Of a stretch of DNA of 64,000 bases, positions 10,436 through 19,163 are shown piece after piece. Positions within the stretch are counted from its first letter, which is position 1; every line of letters begins with the position of its first letter. This DNA is from Candidatus Eiseniibacteriota bacterium (GTDB lineage Bacteria; Eisenbacteria; RBG-16-71-46; SZUA-252), in NCBI GenBank assembly GCA_036274595.1, contig DASUFL010000056.1, positions 28,030-92,029 of the forward strand, given 5' to 3'. The notes under the pieces are model-generated. The model was not told the origin of the DNA and did no database searches. It was given only the letters and a program-made list of their open reading frames with translations. Made by a program: the position numbers and the translations under genes.

Positions 10436-10888
10436 ATGCGGATCGGCGTCATCTCCGACACGCACGGCCTCCTCCGCCCCGAGGCGCTCGACGCGCTCCG
10501 CGGCTCCGAGCAGATCATCCATGCGGGGGACGTCGGTGACGCGGCGATCTTGGACGCACTCCGCGCCCTGGCGCCGCTCACCGCGGTGCGCGGGAACGTG
10601 GACGGAGACCTTGCCGCGCTCCTTCCCAAGACGGCGATCCTCCGCGCGGGAGAGCTCGCGATCTACGTCCACCACGGGAACGATCGGCGGAACCTGTGGC
10701 CGCCGCCCGGAACGGACATCGTGATCAGCGGGCACACGCACGAGCCGAGGGTGGACGAAGTGGACGGAGTGCTCCATTTGAACCCCGGGAGCGCCGGGCC
10801 CAGGCGGTTCCATCTGCCGGTGACGGTCGCGATCTTGACCGTGGAGGGCGGGCGGGCGAGCGCGCGGATCGTGCCGCTCTCCATCTAG
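10436..10888 (+). CDS. Metallophosphoesterase, YfcE/MJ0936 family
   Basis: MRIGVISDTHG…IIHAGDVGD…GNVDGD…YVHHGN…GHTHEP are canonical calcineurin-like phosphoesterase motifs. ATG is at 10436, 5 nt after the preceding stop. Confidence 0.8.
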   Translation: MRIGVISDTHGLLRPEALDALRGSEQIIHAGDVGDAAILDALRALAPLTAVRGNVDGDLAALLPKTAILRAGELAIYVHHGNDRRNLWPPPGTDIVISGHTHEPRVDEVDGVLHLNPGSAGPRRFHLPVTVAILTVEGGRASARIVPLSI

Positions 10889-10959
10889 CCCCGTAGACCT
10901 ACGCGGCGGGACGCGGTACGCTTCCCCGCCTCCCCACAACACCGACCCCGGAGACGCGC

Positions 10960-13236
10960 TTGGACCTGGAACCGGGTAAGAAGCTCTCGCACTACAAGAT
11001 CCTCGAGAAGCTCGGGGAAGGGGGCATGGGCGTCGTCTTCCGCGCCCATGACGACCGCCTCAAGCGAGACGTCGCCATCAAGGTGCTCCGCGGCGGCCGC
11101 TGGGGCGACCAGAGCCTGCGCGAGCGATTTCGCCTCGAAGCGTTCGCGCTCTCCCGCGTCAATCATCCGAACGTGGCCGTGATCTACGAATTCGGCGAGA
11201 GTCACCGCGTCCAGTTCATCGCCATGGAGTACATCCCCGGAATCACGCTCGGCCATCGGATGCGGTCGGGTCCCGTGGCGCAGGCGGAGGCGATCGATCT
11301 CGCCATCCAGATCGCGGACGGTCTGTCGGCCGCCCACGTGGCGGGTGTCGTCCATCGCGATCTCAAACCGGCCAACGTCCGGCTCCTGAACGAGACCTGG
11401 GCGAAGATCGTCGACTTTGGCCTTGCGAAGCGCCTCCCCCGTCCTTCGGATAGCGATCCTCGTTCGCTCACCGAATCCGACAAGATCGTAGGCACCGTGC
11501 CCTACATGGCTCCTGAGCAGATTCGCGGCCAGTGCGACGTGCGAACCGACGTCTACGCGCTCGGAGCGGTGCTCTACCAGATGGCCACGGGCCAGCGGCC
11601 GTTCCCTCAGGAGGACATGCCGCGGCTCATCTACGCCATCGCCTACGAGCCCCCTCCGCCGGTTCGATCCCTCAACCCGGGCGTGTCGCCGCCGCTCGAA
11701 CGGCTCATCCTTCGCGCGCTCGAGAAAGAGCCCGATCTGAGATACGCGACCGCGCAGGAGATCGCTGTCGCCCTCAAAGAGATCCGGGATCTGATCCGCT
11801 CCGGCGGCTCACCCCATGCGGCGCCGGCCCGGCCGCGCCCCATTCGCACGCTGGCGGTGCTGCCACTCGAGGAGATTTCGGGGAGCTCCGACGGGGACTA
11901 CTTCGCGGATGGGATCACCGAGGCGATCATCAGCGACTTGTCGAAGTTGAAGGGGCTGGGCGTCACCGGACGGACGTCCATCATGCGCTACAAGCGGACG
12001 ACGAAGCCGATCCCCGAGATCGCTCGCGAGCTGGGCGTCGACTCGGTGCTCGAGGGTACCGTGCAGCGCGTGGGAGACCGCGTGCGCACGGGCGTGCGTC
12101 TGGTTCGCGCGGCGCCGGAGGAGTCGATCTGGGCCGAGACGTACGACCGCCGTCTCATGGACCTCCTGACGCTCCAGAGCGACATTGCGCGCTCGGTCGC
12201 GCGCGAGATCGAGCTGCAGATGAAGCCGAGCGAGCCGGCGTTCGCGGTGCGCTCGCCCGCGGTGGATCCCGAGGCCCTCGTCCTCTACATGACGGGACGC
12301 CAGCAGTGGAACCGCCGCGACATCGACGGGCTCAGGGCGGCGATCCGGTGCTTCGAAGGAGTCGTCGCCAAGTCGCCCGACTTCGCGCTCGCGTTCGCGG
12401 GGCTCGCCGATTGCTACGCCATTCTTGGGAATTGGAGCGTTCTTCCCCCTCGCGACGTCTACCCGAAGGCCAAGAAGGCCGCGCTCCGAGCGCTCGCTCT
12501 CGATCCCAATCTGGGCGAGGCTCACGTCGCCCTCGCGTTCGCCGAATACCTCTACGACTGGAAGTGGGAGCAGGCGGAGCAGGGGTTCCGGCGCGCGATC
12601 GAGCTCAGCCCGAGCTATGCGCAGGGCCACCTGTGGTACGGCAACTTCCTGTCGGCCATGGGGCGACACGACGAGGCGATCGCGGAAGCCCGACGTGGAC
12701 AGGAGCTCGATCCCCTGAGCCCGATCATCTCCGCGATTGCGGCCTGGATCCACTACGAGGCGGGCCGCTACGAGGAGACGGTCGAGCGTTGCCGGCGCGA
12801 TCTCGAGATGAATCCGATCCCGCAGTACTACCTGTTCATGGGGCTCGCGCTCACACAGCTCGGCGAATACGATGAGGCGATCGCTTCATTCGAGCGCGGC
12901 GTTTCGCTCTCCGGTGGGATCACCGAGATGTATGCCGGGCTCGGTTTCGCGTACGGCGTCTCGAAGCGCACGGCGGAGGCCTATCGCGTGCTCGACGAGC
13001 TGGACCGGCTCTCCAAGAGCCGCTACGTGCCCCCCTACTCGCGCTCCATCGTGCACATCGGGCTCGGCGAGCGCGCGAAAGCGCTCGATCTCCTCGAGCA
13101 GGCGTGCGAGGAGCGCAACACATGGCTCATCCTTCTTGGAGTGGAGCCCCTCTTCAACTCCATCCGCGAGGAACCCCGCTTCCAGAGAATCCTGGATGTG
13201 ATCGGGCTCCCGAGCCAGCAGACCGCCGCCGTCTAG
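10960..13236 (+). CDS. Ser/Thr protein kinase with central TolB-N-like domain and C-terminal TPR repeats
   Basis: GEGGMGVVFRA, AIK, HRDLKPAN, DFG and APE are Hanks kinase motifs. The middle region LAVLPLEEISGSSDGDYFADGITEAIISDLSKLKGLGV…IWAETYDRRL matches the TolB-amino-terminal-like pattern. TPR-like helices occupy the C-terminal ~300 aa. The start is TTG at 10960. Confidence 0.85.
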   Translation: MDLEPGKKLSHYKILEKLGEGGMGVVFRAHDDRLKRDVAIKVLRGGRWGDQSLRERFRLEAFALSRVNHPNVAVIYEFGESHRVQFIAMEYIPGITLGHRMRSGPVAQAEAIDLAIQIADGLSAAHVAGVVHRDLKPANVRLLNETWAKIVDFGLAKRLPRPSDSDPRSLTESDKIVGTVPYMAPEQIRGQCDVRTDVYALGAVLYQMATGQRPFPQEDMPRLIYAIAYEPPPPVRSLNPGVSPPLERLILRALEKEPDLRYATAQEIAVALKEIRDLIRSGGSPHAAPARPRPIRTLAVLPLEEISGSSDGDYFADGITEAIISDLSKLKGLGVTGRTSIMRYKRTTKPIPEIARELGVDSVLEGTVQRVGDRVRTGVRLVRAAPEESIWAETYDRRLMDLLTLQSDIARSVAREIELQMKPSEPAFAVRSPAVDPEALVLYMTGRQQWNRRDIDGLRAAIRCFEGVVAKSPDFALAFAGLADCYAILGNWSVLPPRDVYPKAKKAALRALALDPNLGEAHVALAFAEYLYDWKWEQAEQGFRRAIELSPSYAQGHLWYGNFLSAMGRHDEAIAEARRGQELDPLSPIISAIAAWIHYEAGRYEETVERCRRDLEMNPIPQYYLFMGLALTQLGEYDEAIASFERGVSLSGGITEMYAGLGFAYGVSKRTAEAYRVLDELDRLSKSRYVPPYSRSIVHIGLGERAKALDLLEQACEERNTWLILLGVEPLFNSIREEPRFQRILDVIGLPSQQTAAV

Positions 13237-13706
13237 AGGCCGCCGGGGCCGATGATCCGGAGCGTCGCCTTGGTCGGGCTCGTGCGAATCACGTAGGTGC
13301 GGGTCATGAGCGACTGGATCGTGTCGAGGAGCTTCGGGTCGTTCGAGACGACCGAGACGCCGACCAGGACCGCGGAGCGCGGATCGCCGGGCGCGTGGGG
13401 CTGGCCGATCCAGTTGTCCCAGTCGAGCCGGTAGTCGCGCCGCACGAACGCGAACCCCACCGGCAGGCGGCTCACGAGCTCCAGGGGAGGAATTCCGGGG
13501 GACAGGTCCGCGGGCCACTTCGACGTATCCCCGTAGTTCATGTACGCCGCGGCACGGATGGCGTAGAGATCGCCCACCGCCTGCATGGCGTGCGTGCTCC
13601 GCATGATGCTGAAGTAACCCGTGATCGAGATGGCGCCCACGATCGAAACCACGAGGAGCGCGATCGACAGCTCGATCAGGGTGAACCCTGACTGCCCCTG
13701 CCTCAT
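13233..13706 (-). CDS. Prepilin-type N-terminal cleavage/methylation domain protein (type IV pilin or pseudopilin-like)
   Basis: ATG at 13706 gives MRQGQSGFTLIELSIALLVVSIVGAI, the class-III signal / N-methylation motif. 157 aa. Its 3' end overlaps the kinase stop by 4 nt (convergent). Confidence 0.7.
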   Translation of the reverse strand: MRQGQSGFTLIELSIALLVVSIVGAISITGYFSIMRSTHAMQAVGDLYAIRAAAYMNYGDTSKWPADLSPGIPPLELVSRLPVGFAFVRRDYRLDWDNWIGQPHAPGDPRSAVLVGVSVVSNDPKLLDTIQSLMTRTYVIRTSPTKATLRIIGPGGL

Positions 13707-13836
13707 CCCTGGAAACCCCTGTGGTGCTCTCTGGCGCGCGGCGCGGACACCCCTCGGCGCTCGACCTATCGGCAGATGGGGCGCGTTGTTTACCGCGAAC
13801 GGGTCCCGCGGTCCTCGACCGGAACCGGGGGTCTCT

Positions 13837-14595
13837 CTAACGACCGTCGATCCGTCCCAGAAGGCGGAGCAGCCCGTCGAGGATCGTGACCGGGTGCGGC
13901 GGGTGCCCGGGCACGAAGAGATCCACGGGCACGACCGACGCCGCGCCGTCGAGCACCTCCGGATGTCCCGCAAAGGGCCCGCCCGAGATCGCAGCCGCGC
14001 CCACCGCGATCACGATCTTGGGCGGCGGGATCGCATCGTAGGTCTTCTCGAGCGCGAGCCGCATGTTCCGCGTGACGGGGCCGGTGATGAGGAGCCCGTC
14101 GGCGTGGCGCGGCGACGCGACGAACTGGATGCCGAAGCGGCCGAGATCGAACACGACATTGCCGAGCGCGGCCGCTTCCAGCTCGCACCCCGCCGATCCG
14201 CCAGCGCTCACTTGGCGCAGCCTGAGCGAGCGGCCGAACAACCGCCGGGCTTCGCGGTCCAGCGCCTGGGCCAGGCGGTAGGGCTCCTCCCCGACGACGA
14301 GGTCCTCGCGTTCCCGCGCGGCCATGCGGTAGTCGGATCCGAAGCGGATCGCGCCGGTCGGGCAGGCGGCGACGCACTCCGCGCAGAACAGGCATCGGCC
14401 GAGATCGAGAGTGAGCGCGGGCTCGAGGCGGATCGCGTCGGTGGGGCACCGCTCCGCGCACGCGCGGCATCCCTCCTCGCAGCGGGACGGGTCGAGCACG
14501 GGCCGCCCGCGGAACGTCCCTGGCAGCGAGACGTCCGCCGGGAACGGAATCGTGCGGCGCCCCTGGCGGAGACGCTCGAGAAACGCTTTCAGCAT
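13837..14595 (-). CDS. Fused 2x[4Fe-4S] ferredoxin (HycF/NuoI-like) and NuoB/HycG-like small subunit with degenerate N2-cluster site
   Basis: The N-terminus carries CEEGCRACAERCP and CLFCAECVAACP, two intact CxxCxxCxxxCP motifs. The C-terminus aligns to NuoB (FDLGRFGIQFVASPRHADGLLITG…YDAIPPPKIVIAVGAAAISGG…VPVDLFVPGHPPHP). The canonical cysteines of CCxxE, GxCxxGG and GCPP are replaced (only one Cys remains, in GCELE). ATG at 14595. Confidence 0.8.
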   Translation of the reverse strand: MLKAFLERLRQGRRTIPFPADVSLPGTFRGRPVLDPSRCEEGCRACAERCPTDAIRLEPALTLDLGRCLFCAECVAACPTGAIRFGSDYRMAAREREDLVVGEEPYRLAQALDREARRLFGRSLRLRQVSAGGSAGCELEAAALGNVVFDLGRFGIQFVASPRHADGLLITGPVTRNMRLALEKTYDAIPPPKIVIAVGAAAISGGPFAGHPEVLDGAASVVPVDLFVPGHPPHPVTILDGLLRLLGRIDGR

Positions 14596-14623
14596 GCGCG
14601 GATCCTGACCGGCGCGGGATCGT

Positions 14624-16111
14624 TCACAGGTCGTGTCCGCTGTAGGAGAGGTTGAAGCTCTTGTTGCAGAGCGGGAAATCGGAGATCGGCTGGTCCCGCA
14701 TCGCCATCGCGAGCCCGGTCCAGTTGTGGAACGAGGGATCGACGATCTTGTATCGACGGAAGCGGCCTTCGCCGTCGGTGACCGCCGTGTGGCAGATCTC
14801 GCCGCGCCAGCCCTCCACGAGCGACACGGCGATGCACTCGGGCGCGAGCCTGGGCAGGGCGCCGTCCCGCCGCGCCGCTCCTTCCGGAAGCGACGAGAGG
14901 ACCCGCGCGATGAACTCGGCCGAGTGCGCAACCTCGAGCGAACGCACACCTGCCCGCGCGAACGCGTCTCCCGTGTCCCGTGTCGCGACCGGGATCGCGG
15001 CCTCCCGGTAGAGACCCTCGGGATGGTCGCGGCGAACGTCCCGATCGAGACCGGACGCGCGCGCGGCGGGCCCCACCATTCCGAGCGATTCGGCGATGTC
15101 GCGCTTGAGGACCCCGGTCTCCTCGAGCCGGCCGCGGACGGTCGCGTTGGCCCGGATCAGCTCGAAGGAGCGCGCCAGCTCCGCGGTCAGGGCCAGGACC
15201 GCGCCGGCGATGGCTCCCGTATCGGCCGGCGACAGATCGGCACCGACTCCGCCGGGACGCACCCACCCGACTCCCATCCGGCTCCCGCAGGCGAGCAGCG
15301 TGAGGTTGAGCAGATCGCCCCGGATCCGGCCGCAGTAGGAGGCGGCGGGAAGGTAGCCGATGTCCCCCGCGAGCGCACCGAAGTCACCGGCGTGGTTCGC
15401 CATGCGCTCCAGCTCGAGCGCCGCCGCCCGCAGCGCGCGTCCCCGTGCCGGAACCTCGATCCCGGCGAGCGCCTCGACCACGATGGAGTAGGCGAGCGCG
15501 TGCCCCACCGACGTGTCGCCCGCGATCGCGTCCACGAGGTGCGGGGTTCGCTTCCCCGGTCCGCCTTCGAGGGCCCGCTCGATCCCGCGGTGCTGGTAAC
15601 CGAGCGAGATCTCGAGGTGGAGCACGCGCTCCCCGTGGCACTGGAACCGGAAGTGTCCCGGCTCGATCACCCCCGCGTGCACGGGGCCGACCGCCACCTC
15701 GTGCACCTCGTCTCCCGCCACACGGAAGTACTCCATGACTCCCGGTCCCGGCCCGTTGGGGTCGTTGAAGCGGACCGGCTTGAGCCACGGATGCCCCTCA
15801 GGCAGCACCCCCCACTCCTCCGCGATCTCGCGCTCGAAGAGATGGGCCTGCGGGAACCGGGGCGTCAACGCGGGGAAGGCGCTCTCGGCCCGCGTCGACG
15901 TGAGCATGAGCTCCTCCCCTCCGGAGTGCGCCACCACGGCGATGAGGCGGAGTCCCGCGTCCCGCTCCGGCAGGCCGAAGAGCGAGACGAGCCGTGCGCC
16001 CGGAGCCGTCGTGACGGCATCGGCAAACCGGTCCGGCGTGACCCGGGGGATCGTCGCGAGCGGAGCGGTCCCGCCGTTGGCCATCGGGACGCAGGCCTGG
16101 ATGGGTGTCAT
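14624..16111 (-). CDS. NuoC-NuoD / HycE-like large subunit of a group-4-hydrogenase-related complex, lacking the NiFe cysteine ligands
   Basis: GPVHAGVIEPGHFRF…LGYQHRGIE is typical of group-4 hydrogenase and NuoD. The region equivalent to the N-terminal RxCGxC motif reads AIAGDTSVGHALAYSIVVEAL, with no Cys. The C-terminal DPCxxCxxH equivalent reads SDFPLCNKSFNLSYSGHDL. ATG at 16111 overlaps the upstream stop (ATGA). Confidence 0.8.
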   Translation of the reverse strand: MTPIQACVPMANGGTAPLATIPRVTPDRFADAVTTAPGARLVSLFGLPERDAGLRLIAVVAHSGGEELMLTSTRAESAFPALTPRFPQAHLFEREIAEEWGVLPEGHPWLKPVRFNDPNGPGPGVMEYFRVAGDEVHEVAVGPVHAGVIEPGHFRFQCHGERVLHLEISLGYQHRGIERALEGGPGKRTPHLVDAIAGDTSVGHALAYSIVVEALAGIEVPARGRALRAAALELERMANHAGDFGALAGDIGYLPAASYCGRIRGDLLNLTLLACGSRMGVGWVRPGGVGADLSPADTGAIAGAVLALTAELARSFELIRANATVRGRLEETGVLKRDIAESLGMVGPAARASGLDRDVRRDHPEGLYREAAIPVATRDTGDAFARAGVRSLEVAHSAEFIARVLSSLPEGAARRDGALPRLAPECIAVSLVEGWRGEICHTAVTDGEGRFRRYKIVDPSFHNWTGLAMAMRDQPISDFPLCNKSFNLSYSGHDL

Positions 16112-17580
16112 GGCGCGAGCATGCCGGCCGCCGAACGGAGCGCGTGCGCGAGGCCCGAGGGAATGTATAGGCCGATCGCGAGCACCGCCGCGGCGAGGAC
16201 CAGCGGAGGCAGGACGGCGAGGCGGCTCTCGCCATGTGCGGATCCCGCGGGCAGGGGCGGCGCCTCTCCTTGCGCCATCCGCGACATCGTGGACGCCATA
16301 CCGATGAAGATCACGGCGAGGAGGACGAGGTAGAGCACGCCGATCACGATCCGTCCCTGCTCCATCGCCCCGCGCAGGATGAGGATCTCGCTCACGAACG
16401 TTCCGAACGGCGGCGAGCCCGTGATCGCGAAGAGCCCCGCGATCCAGAGCGCGCCGGTCGCGGGGACGCGCGCCAGGACGCCGCGGACCTCTCTCGCGGC
16501 CTTGGTGCGGTAGGCGGCCAGGATGTTGCCGGCGAGGAGGAAGAGCATCGCCTTCGTGAGGGAGTGGCCCAGGACATGGAGCATCGCTCCGAACGTGGCG
16601 ACCCCTCCGAGTCCCACGCCCAGGGCCAGGATGCCCATGTGCTCCACGCTCGAGTAGGCGAGAAGGCGCTTGTAGTCCGCCTGGGCGATCACGAACGCGG
16701 CGGCGATCGCCATCGAGAGGAGCCCGAAGACGACCAGCATCCCGCGCGCGTAGGTGTCGAGGCCCGCCGCGCTCATGACCTGGAGCGCCCGCAGGATGCC
16801 GAGGAACGCGCAGTTGAGGAGCGCGCCCGAGAGGAGGGCCGAGACGACCGAGGGCGCCTCGCTGTGGGCGTCGGGAAGCCACGTGTGAAGCGGAGCGAGT
16901 CCCATCTTGGTGCCGTAGCCGACGAGCAGGAAGATGAACGCGCCCTTGAGCCAGGGCGTGTGCAGCAGAGCCGCGTGCGCCCGGAGCCCTTGCACGCTCA
17001 AGGGAATGCTCCCTCCGCCGTGGACCGTCGCGGACACGGCGAGGAAGAAGTTCCCCAGGAGCGCGAGGCCGATCCCCACCGAGCAGATGAGGAGATACTT
17101 CCAGGTCGCCTCGAGGGAGCGGTGGTGGCGGTGGAAGTAGATGAGCGGCGCGCTCGCGAGGGTCGTCGCCTCGATGGCCACCCAGAGGAGCCCCAGGTTG
17201 TCGCTCACGATCACGAGCGTCATCGTCGAGAGAAAGAAGAGGAGGCAGCCGACGAAGACCGCTTCGGGAGCATTCGTGAACCGGAAGCCTTCCACGAAGT
17301 CCTCGCGGGCTCCGGGCGACTCGCGGCGGAGGTAACCGACCGCGTAGACCGCGGAGACCAGGAAGAGGGCGCTCGTGACGCCGAGGAAGAGCTGCCCGAG
17401 CGAATCCAGGCGGAGCACGCCGCCCCACCCGGTGCCCGGCGGCCGGACCCACGTCGCGACCGTCAGTGCGGCGTGGGCGGCCGCCACGGCGATCATGAGC
17501 GCGCGGCGCCACGCCGCGGGCCGGAGAAAGAAGCTGAGGAGCCCGCCCAGAGCCGGGAGGAGCACGAGCGCGGAGAGCAT
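16108..17580 (-). CDS. NuoN/NuoM/HyfF-like proton-pumping antiporter subunit
   Basis: The protein is multi-TM. …GILALGVGL…HSLTKAMLFLLAGNI… are Mrp/NuoMN family signatures. ATG at 17580. Confidence 0.8.
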   Translation of the reverse strand: MLSALVLLPALGGLLSFFLRPAAWRRALMIAVAAAHAALTVATWVRPPGTGWGGVLRLDSLGQLFLGVTSALFLVSAVYAVGYLRRESPGAREDFVEGFRFTNAPEAVFVGCLLFFLSTMTLVIVSDNLGLLWVAIEATTLASAPLIYFHRHHRSLEATWKYLLICSVGIGLALLGNFFLAVSATVHGGGSIPLSVQGLRAHAALLHTPWLKGAFIFLLVGYGTKMGLAPLHTWLPDAHSEAPSVVSALLSGALLNCAFLGILRALQVMSAAGLDTYARGMLVVFGLLSMAIAAAFVIAQADYKRLLAYSSVEHMGILALGVGLGGVATFGAMLHVLGHSLTKAMLFLLAGNILAAYRTKAAREVRGVLARVPATGALWIAGLFAITGSPPFGTFVSEILILRGAMEQGRIVIGVLYLVLLAVIFIGMASTMSRMAQGEAPPLPAGSAHGESRLAVLPPLVLAAAVLAIGLYIPSGLAHALRSAAGMLAP

Positions 17581-17582
17581 CG

Positions 17583-18227
17583 CTATTCCTTGAGCGTCGC
17601 GAGCCGGGTCGTGTCGATCGAGTCGAACTCGCGGCTGATGTGGAAGACCGTGATCCCCATGACGAACACGGCGACGAACACGTCGAGGAGGATGCCCAGC
17701 TCGACGAGGGCGGGCGCCTCGTACGCGATGCCCACGCCGAACGCATAGATCCCGTTCTCGAAGACGAGATAGCCGAGCGCCTGGCTCAGAGCCTTCTTCC
17801 GGCTCACCACGAGGAAGAGGCCGACGAAGAGGATCGAGAGCGAGGTCGGGACGAGCAGATCCGACGCCGCCGTGCCCGGCAGCGGCAGCCGGCCCGCCAC
17901 CCACAGCGCGATCAGGAACGAGCCCACGCCGGCGAGCACCGACGGCACGTACCCGACGAAGGGCTCGACCTCGCGGCGGACCTTGGCGCCTCGGAGCGCC
18001 CGGAGGAGGAGCCAGGGAAAGACGACGCCCTTGAGCGCGATCCCCGCCAGGCCGATCGCGATGAAGCGGAGCGTCAGGTGACCCGAGTTCGCGAGGAGGG
18101 CGACGATCCCGAGCAGCACCCCCTGGGTCGCCACGGTGCGGATGCTCGCGTTCAGCCGGCTCACACCGAGCAGGCGGAGGTTCGTGAACACGAGCAGGAC
18201 CATCAGCGTGTCGAGGAGGACGCGCAC
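17583..18227 (-). CDS. HyfE/NuoK-like small membrane subunit
   Basis: About 215 aa with 6-7 TM helices (LLGIVALLANSGHLTLRFIAIGLAGIALKGVVFP…). The start is uncertain: GTG at 18227 lies 2 nt after the upstream stop, or ATG at 18203. Confidence 0.6.
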   Translation of the reverse strand: MRVLLDTLMVLLVFTNLRLLGVSRLNASIRTVATQGVLLGIVALLANSGHLTLRFIAIGLAGIALKGVVFPWLLLRALRGAKVRREVEPFVGYVPSVLAGVGSFLIALWVAGRLPLPGTAASDLLVPTSLSILFVGLFLVVSRKKALSQALGYLVFENGIYAFGVGIAYEAPALVELGILLDVFVAVFVMGITVFHISREFDSIDTTRLATLKE

Positions 18228-18229
18228 GG

Positions 18230-19141
18230 CTATCTCAGGATGAGGGCGATCGCGACGATCGCGAACGCCCCCGCTCCGATCAGGAACTGCGGCACCCGCG
18301 CCATGCGGAGCCGCGCGATGGTGGATTCGATCACGCCGATCGCGACCGCGAGCCCGGCCATCGCGGCGAGGAATGAGGCCGCGTCCAGCCACGCCGAGCC
18401 GGTCCGGATCGGAAGCATGACCCCGACCGACAAGGCCCCCATCACCCAGAGCTTGAGCGCGGCGCCCCACTGGATCCACGCGAGGTCGGGGCCGCCGTGA
18501 TCGAGCACCATCACTTCGTGGATCATCGTCAGCTCGAGGTGCGTGGCGGGGTCGTCCACGGGAATCCGCGAGTTCTCGGCGAGGAGCACACCGAGGAGCG
18601 CGACGCCCACGAGGAGGAGCACGGGCGCGCCCCGCTGCCAGTCCGCCTCGGTCAGCCCGCCCACGATGCCGGTGAGCGACGCGCTCCCCGAGACGCGCGC
18701 CGCGGCCGCGAGGCAGAGGAGGAGCACGGGCTCCGCCAGCGCCGAGAAGGTCGCTTCGCGGCTCGCCCCCATGCCCTCGAAGCTCGAGCCCGTATCGAGC
18801 GCGGCCGCCATCGTGAGGAAGCGGGCGGACGCGAGCAGCGCCGCGAGGAGGACGAAGTCCCCCGGAAACGCGATCAGCGAGGGGAAGCCGGCCTGGGGGA
18901 GGAGGCTGAGCGCGGCGATCGGCGCGCCGATCGCGACCGCGGGCCCCAGCGCGAACACGCCGGTCGTGGTGCGGCTCAGGACCGCCCCCTTGCGGAGGAG
19001 CTTCGCGAGGTCGAAGTAGACCTGGAGCATCGGCTGCCCGTTGCGCCCCGCGAAGACCGCCTTGGTTCTGTGGATCACGCCGAGGAAGAGCGGCGCCGCC
19101 AGCAACGCGACGACGGGGCCCACGAGTCCTGGCGTGTTCAT
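18230..19141 (-). CDS. NuoH/HycD-like membrane subunit (formate hydrogenlyase subunit 4 family)
   Basis: 303 aa, multi-TM, with NuoH-like architecture. ATG at 19141. Confidence 0.75.
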   Translation of the reverse strand: MNTPGLVGPVVALLAAPLFLGVIHRTKAVFAGRNGQPMLQVYFDLAKLLRKGAVLSRTTTGVFALGPAVAIGAPIAALSLLPQAGFPSLIAFPGDFVLLAALLASARFLTMAAALDTGSSFEGMGASREATFSALAEPVLLLCLAAAARVSGSASLTGIVGGLTEADWQRGAPVLLLVGVALLGVLLAENSRIPVDDPATHLELTMIHEVMVLDHGGPDLAWIQWGAALKLWVMGALSVGVMLPIRTGSAWLDAASFLAAMAGLAVAIGVIESTIARLRMARVPQFLIGAGAFAIVAIALILR

Positions 19142-19163
19142 GCGCCCACCCCCGCGGAGCGGC

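Noticed and set aside
14624-17746. 1040-aa ORF that appears to fuse an N-terminal Arg/Pro-rich region to the hydrogenase-like large subunit
   Set aside because: The upstream 545 codons are the out-of-frame shadow of the NuoN/HyfF-like gene (Arg/Gly/Pro-rich, no motifs). The real gene starts at the ATG at 16111, overlapping the HyfF-like stop.
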